DNA from: Candidatus Latescibacterota bacterium
Lineage (GTDB): Bacteria > Latescibacterota > UBA2968 > UBA8231
Length of the DNA stretch: 64,000 nt
Direction of reading: 5' to 3'
Assembly (NCBI GenBank): GCA_963422735.1
Contig: OY730476.1
Span: 3,456,001 to 3,520,000, forward strand
The translations under genes and the position numbers were made by a program. The notes beneath the pieces were generated by a model that was not told the origin of the DNA, did not search any database, and worked only from the letters and a program-made list of their open reading frames with translations. Below are positions 60,908-64,000 of this stretch, piece by piece. Within the stretch, counting starts at the first letter, position 1, and each line of letters begins with the position of its first letter.

Positions 60908-63067
60908 ATGAGACGATCCTTTTTGACTGTTGTCTTGCTAACTTTTTTTGGGGCAAGTGGTCTTTTTTTCGGTGCTAATCCCGCCTTGGCTGATGAACAC
61001 GAGGCTGCGATCCCCTTCGTCGTTGGCGAGCCGGTCAGCCTGACGCTGCCGGAAGTGTCGGGCGGGACTCCCCCTCTGAGCTACAGCGTGTCGGGGTTGC
61101 CGGCGGGGTTGTCTTTTGATCCGTCCACCCGTACGGTGTCGGGTACGCCCACCCAAGTCAGCGATGTGGTGGTGGTTACGTACACGGTCGCGGATGGGAG
61201 CGGTGCGTCCAAATCGCTGCCGATCTCGGTGGTGGTGGTTGCGCCTTCGTTGGATGCGCCCGATGCGCTGGTGGCCGTGGACTACAAAGGGGCCGACGGC
61301 GCGGGCGATCAAGGCGGCTTTGTGCTGCTGACGTGGGATCTGTCGGACGATCACGATACGCTGGACGGCTATCGCATTTTCCGCGAGTTGCCGGTGCTGA
61401 ACAGTGAAATGGTTCCTTGGGCTATGGTAGATGCCGTGCCGGGGGTGGAGATGGGTCGTGCTATCGTTGCCACGCTGGACAATGTGGCGACCAACTGGGG
61501 CATAGCGGCCGAGCGCGGAGGTCAGACCACGCACGGCGCGGCTAAGGCCGTGTTCGTCTCGTCGGAGTCGTTGAGTCATCCTTATGCGGTGATGGCTCAG
61601 ACGCTGGCGGCTAGCAAAGAGGCGGCTCACGTCGGTGATGCACCGGTGTTCGCCTCGCTGCTGCCGGAAGCCCTGGCGTATGCTCAAGGGGTGACACCTA
61701 AGCTGAATGTGGTAGCAGGGGAGTTGGAGCGTTCGGCACTTACGGTGACGGCGGAGCCGGCGCGTGGGATTGACGATATCGCGCCTTTGGCCGTGTCTTC
61801 GCTGGAGGCCTTGGATGCGCCCAACGATCAGGGTAGTCGCATTGAGTTGACGTGGACGCTTTCGCCATCGGACCAGTTGTTGCAGGGCGTTGTTGCTGGT
61901 GCGGTGGGTCCGGCGGCTTCTGCTCCGGTGTTCGGCGTACATGGCTACGGCATCTATCGCCGTGTGGCGGGTGAAGGCGAATGGGTCCGTATCGGTCAGG
62001 TCGATGCTGGGGTAAGTTCGTTTGTCGATGCGATGGCGCTCAACGGGGTGCGCTACACCTATCAGGTGCGTGCTTTTGACTTGGACAACGAGACGGGCTC
62101 TGCTGACGCGCTGGCACTGGCGGTGCGCAACCGGGTGTTGGATAGCGAAGGGCGCGCGCTGTTGGGTCTGTTCGGCGCGGACAACCAAGTTGGCTTCGAC
62201 GATTTCTTCATCTTAGCTGATTTCTTCGGTTTGACGTCGTCGGACGCGGGGTTTGACCCTGCGTATGACCTGGCTCCGAATGCGGTGATCGACTTCGACG
62301 ATTTCTTCGTGTTTGCCGATCACTTTGGTCGCCGGACTCCTTCTGCTGGCAAGCGGGTTCCGCAGTTGGCGGGTCTAAATGGGGACGCTCGGTTGTATTT
62401 GGATGCGCCGACGGAGCTGCCTTCGGTGGGCGAGAAGTTTGTCCTCTCCGTACGGGTAGCGGACTTCGCGTCGGTCAAGGGCTATGGCTTGGAGGTGTCG
62501 TATGACGCCGAGAAGCTGTCCTTTGTGGAGGTATTGACTGATCAGCCGCTAGGCGGCAGTGCGTTGTCTTCTCCGCAGGTGTTGACCGATGAAGGCGGGG
62601 CGTTGGCCGTGGCAGCCTATGGCTCGGCGGTTTCCGAGGGGGAGTTGGGCTTGCGCTTGGTGTTCCGGGCGCAGACGGAGATCGAAAGCACGCAGATCGA
62701 GGTCACCGACAGCCAGACGTATGACGGATCGTTTGGGGTCAATCGTTTGGGTCTGCCAGCGCCGGTATCTTTGCAGACGCGTCCGGAGACGTTTGCGTTG
62801 GCCAACAACTATCCGAATCCGTTCAACCCCTCGACGACGATCAAGTATGCGTTGCCGCAGGCGTCGGACGTGGAACTGACGGTGTATAACGTGGTAGGTC
62901 AGGCGGTTCGGACGTTGGTGTCTGAGCATCAGAGCGCCGGTCGGTATGTAGTCGAGTGGGATGCGACTAACGACAGTGGACATAGCTTGTCGTCGGGGCT
63001 GTATTTCTACCACCTGCAGGCGGGCGGAGAGTTCCGCGAAGTCAAGAAGATGCTGCTGCTCAAGTAG
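60908..63067 (+). CDS. Secreted multidomain surface protein: putative Ig, FN3-like, dockerin/EF-hand-like pair, cohesin-like, Por/FlgD-type C-terminal domain
   Basis: GLPAGLSFDPSTRTVSGTPT; YTYQVRA; VGFDDFFILADFFG and IDFDDFFVFADHFG; VKGYGLEVSYDAEKLSF; NYPNPFNPST...KKMLLLK. Confidence 0.85.
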   Translation: MRRSFLTVVLLTFFGASGLFFGANPALADEHEAAIPFVVGEPVSLTLPEVSGGTPPLSYSVSGLPAGLSFDPSTRTVSGTPTQVSDVVVVTYTVADGSGASKSLPISVVVVAPSLDAPDALVAVDYKGADGAGDQGGFVLLTWDLSDDHDTLDGYRIFRELPVLNSEMVPWAMVDAVPGVEMGRAIVATLDNVATNWGIAAERGGQTTHGAAKAVFVSSESLSHPYAVMAQTLAASKEAAHVGDAPVFASLLPEALAYAQGVTPKLNVVAGELERSALTVTAEPARGIDDIAPLAVSSLEALDAPNDQGSRIELTWTLSPSDQLLQGVVAGAVGPAASAPVFGVHGYGIYRRVAGEGEWVRIGQVDAGVSSFVDAMALNGVRYTYQVRAFDLDNETGSADALALAVRNRVLDSEGRALLGLFGADNQVGFDDFFILADFFGLTSSDAGFDPAYDLAPNAVIDFDDFFVFADHFGRRTPSAGKRVPQLAGLNGDARLYLDAPTELPSVGEKFVLSVRVADFASVKGYGLEVSYDAEKLSFVEVLTDQPLGGSALSSPQVLTDEGGALAVAAYGSAVSEGELGLRLVFRAQTEIESTQIEVTDSQTYDGSFGVNRLGLPAPVSLQTRPETFALANNYPNPFNPSTTIKYALPQASDVELTVYNVVGQAVRTLVSEHQSAGRYVVEWDATNDSGHSLSSGLYFYHLQAGGEFREVKKMLLLK

Positions 63068-63116
63068 CACCCACCGTACAGCGCGTTCGTGAAATTCTAA
63101 GGCAAGGAGTTGAGTG

Positions 63117-64000
63117 ATGCTACATGTAAAGCTGTTCATGCGGTGCTTGGCTTGGGGGCGTTGGCTGCTGGCCGCTGGTTTGGTGTTGGGGTGGAGCGGG
63201 GAGGCTGTGGCTGATAAGAACGATGCAAAAGGCCATAACCGTAACAGTACGGCAGATCATACTCATGCTACCGATCCCAAATTGGTTTTGAAGTATGACC
63301 TGCCCGTGGGCTCTTCGAAGAACCGTTCGATTATTGTGGAGTGGAGTACGTCTAAGTCGATGAATTTCGGCGATGAAAGTGATAATGGGGACCCTGCCAC
63401 CGCTTACAAGGTGCGTTTATACTCGGGTAGCATTCCTAAGGTTTTTACTAAATTTACTGGTCAAGTCGGCTCTGCTACTCAAGTCGGCTCTGATGGAAGG
63501 TATGCGGACGCCACCGACGACCCTAACATACGCACCCACTCCTTTACTCACGCCGATATCCATTATAGGGGTCAGGAGGATGGTGATACTGGCGAATATT
63601 GGGTATGGATGGAGGTGAAAGTCCGCGGTGACTCTCGGACTGAGATCTCCACGTATTTTGCTAAGCAGATAGTGGTGCAGCCTCACTATATACTGTCGGT
63701 GAATCCTAATAGTGTGCGCGAAGACGCCGGTCCGACCAATGTCAATGTGAAAGTCAGAGTTGGTGATGATACTGCCGTGGATGCGGATACGGATGTGCTC
63801 TTGGGTGCATCCAGTGAGGGTTTTAATAGTCGCTTCCGCATAACGATGCCCTCGCTCAAAATTCTGAAGGGCAAGAAAGAGGAGACGGCGGCCATGATCT
63901 TCACCCCCATCCGCACAAATGAGGATGATGACTCAATCCCTGACGAAGATCTTAAGATCACGATTAAGGGTGATGCCGGCTCGTCGAAGATCGTTGCTAC
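63117..64000 (+). CDS. Secreted protein with Calx-beta/Ig-like modules (runs off the window end)
   Basis: AAGGAG RBS, ATG 63117, signal peptide ending EAVA, open to the window end; LSVNPNSVREDAGPTNVNVKV motif. Confidence 0.75.
   Translation, partial: MLHVKLFMRCLAWGRWLLAAGLVLGWSGEAVADKNDAKGHNRNSTADHTHATDPKLVLKYDLPVGSSKNRSIIVEWSTSKSMNFGDESDNGDPATAYKVRLYSGSIPKVFTKFTGQVGSATQVGSDGRYADATDDPNIRTHSFTHADIHYRGQEDGDTGEYWVWMEVKVRGDSRTEISTYFAKQIVVQPHYILSVNPNSVREDAGPTNVNVKVRVGDDTAVDADTDVLLGASSEGFNSRFRITMPSLKILKGKKEETAAMIFTPIRTNEDDDSIPDEDLKITIKGDAGSSKIVA

Noticed and set aside
63459-63492. Short repeat CAAGTCGGCTCTG occurring twice in the last gene
   Set aside because: A small in-frame duplication (QVGSATQVGSD) with no sign of a larger array or a DGR template/variable repeat pair.

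Overview
GC-rich bacterial chromosomal window. C-terminal Por/FlgD-type sorting domains, CRTAC1 and DUF6785-like genes and many PhyH/amidohydrolase-type enzymes suggest an FCB-group organism, probably Ca. Latescibacterota-like (inference). Intact core genes are hemB, uvrA, moaB, gltA-hpf-pntAAB, gltBD with a divergent Lrp-like regulator, and a TonB/ABC metal-chelate uptake operon. Accessory DNA is heavily eroded, with at least 12 remnants showing in-frame stops, frameshifts or deletion fusions (type I RM, two TA modules, an AAA/PD-(D/E)XK gene and others). Best candidates for something undescribed: (1) an AT-richer two-gene island encoding a very acidic protein plus a RapA/SNF2-like ATPase; (2) a modular envelope locus of secreted protein, barrel-like protein, CRTAC1, TPR, DUF6785 and PPIase genes, present as two partly deleted paralogous units; (3) a 3-gene cassette bounded by diverged copies of an ABC ATPase 3' end; (4) heptamer-repeat palindromes bracketing a nucleotidyltransferase-uvrA unit; (5) a window-wide CCWGG depletion. 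No rRNA, tRNA, CRISPR array, integrase or transposase was recognised. All calls are by eye, without database searches.
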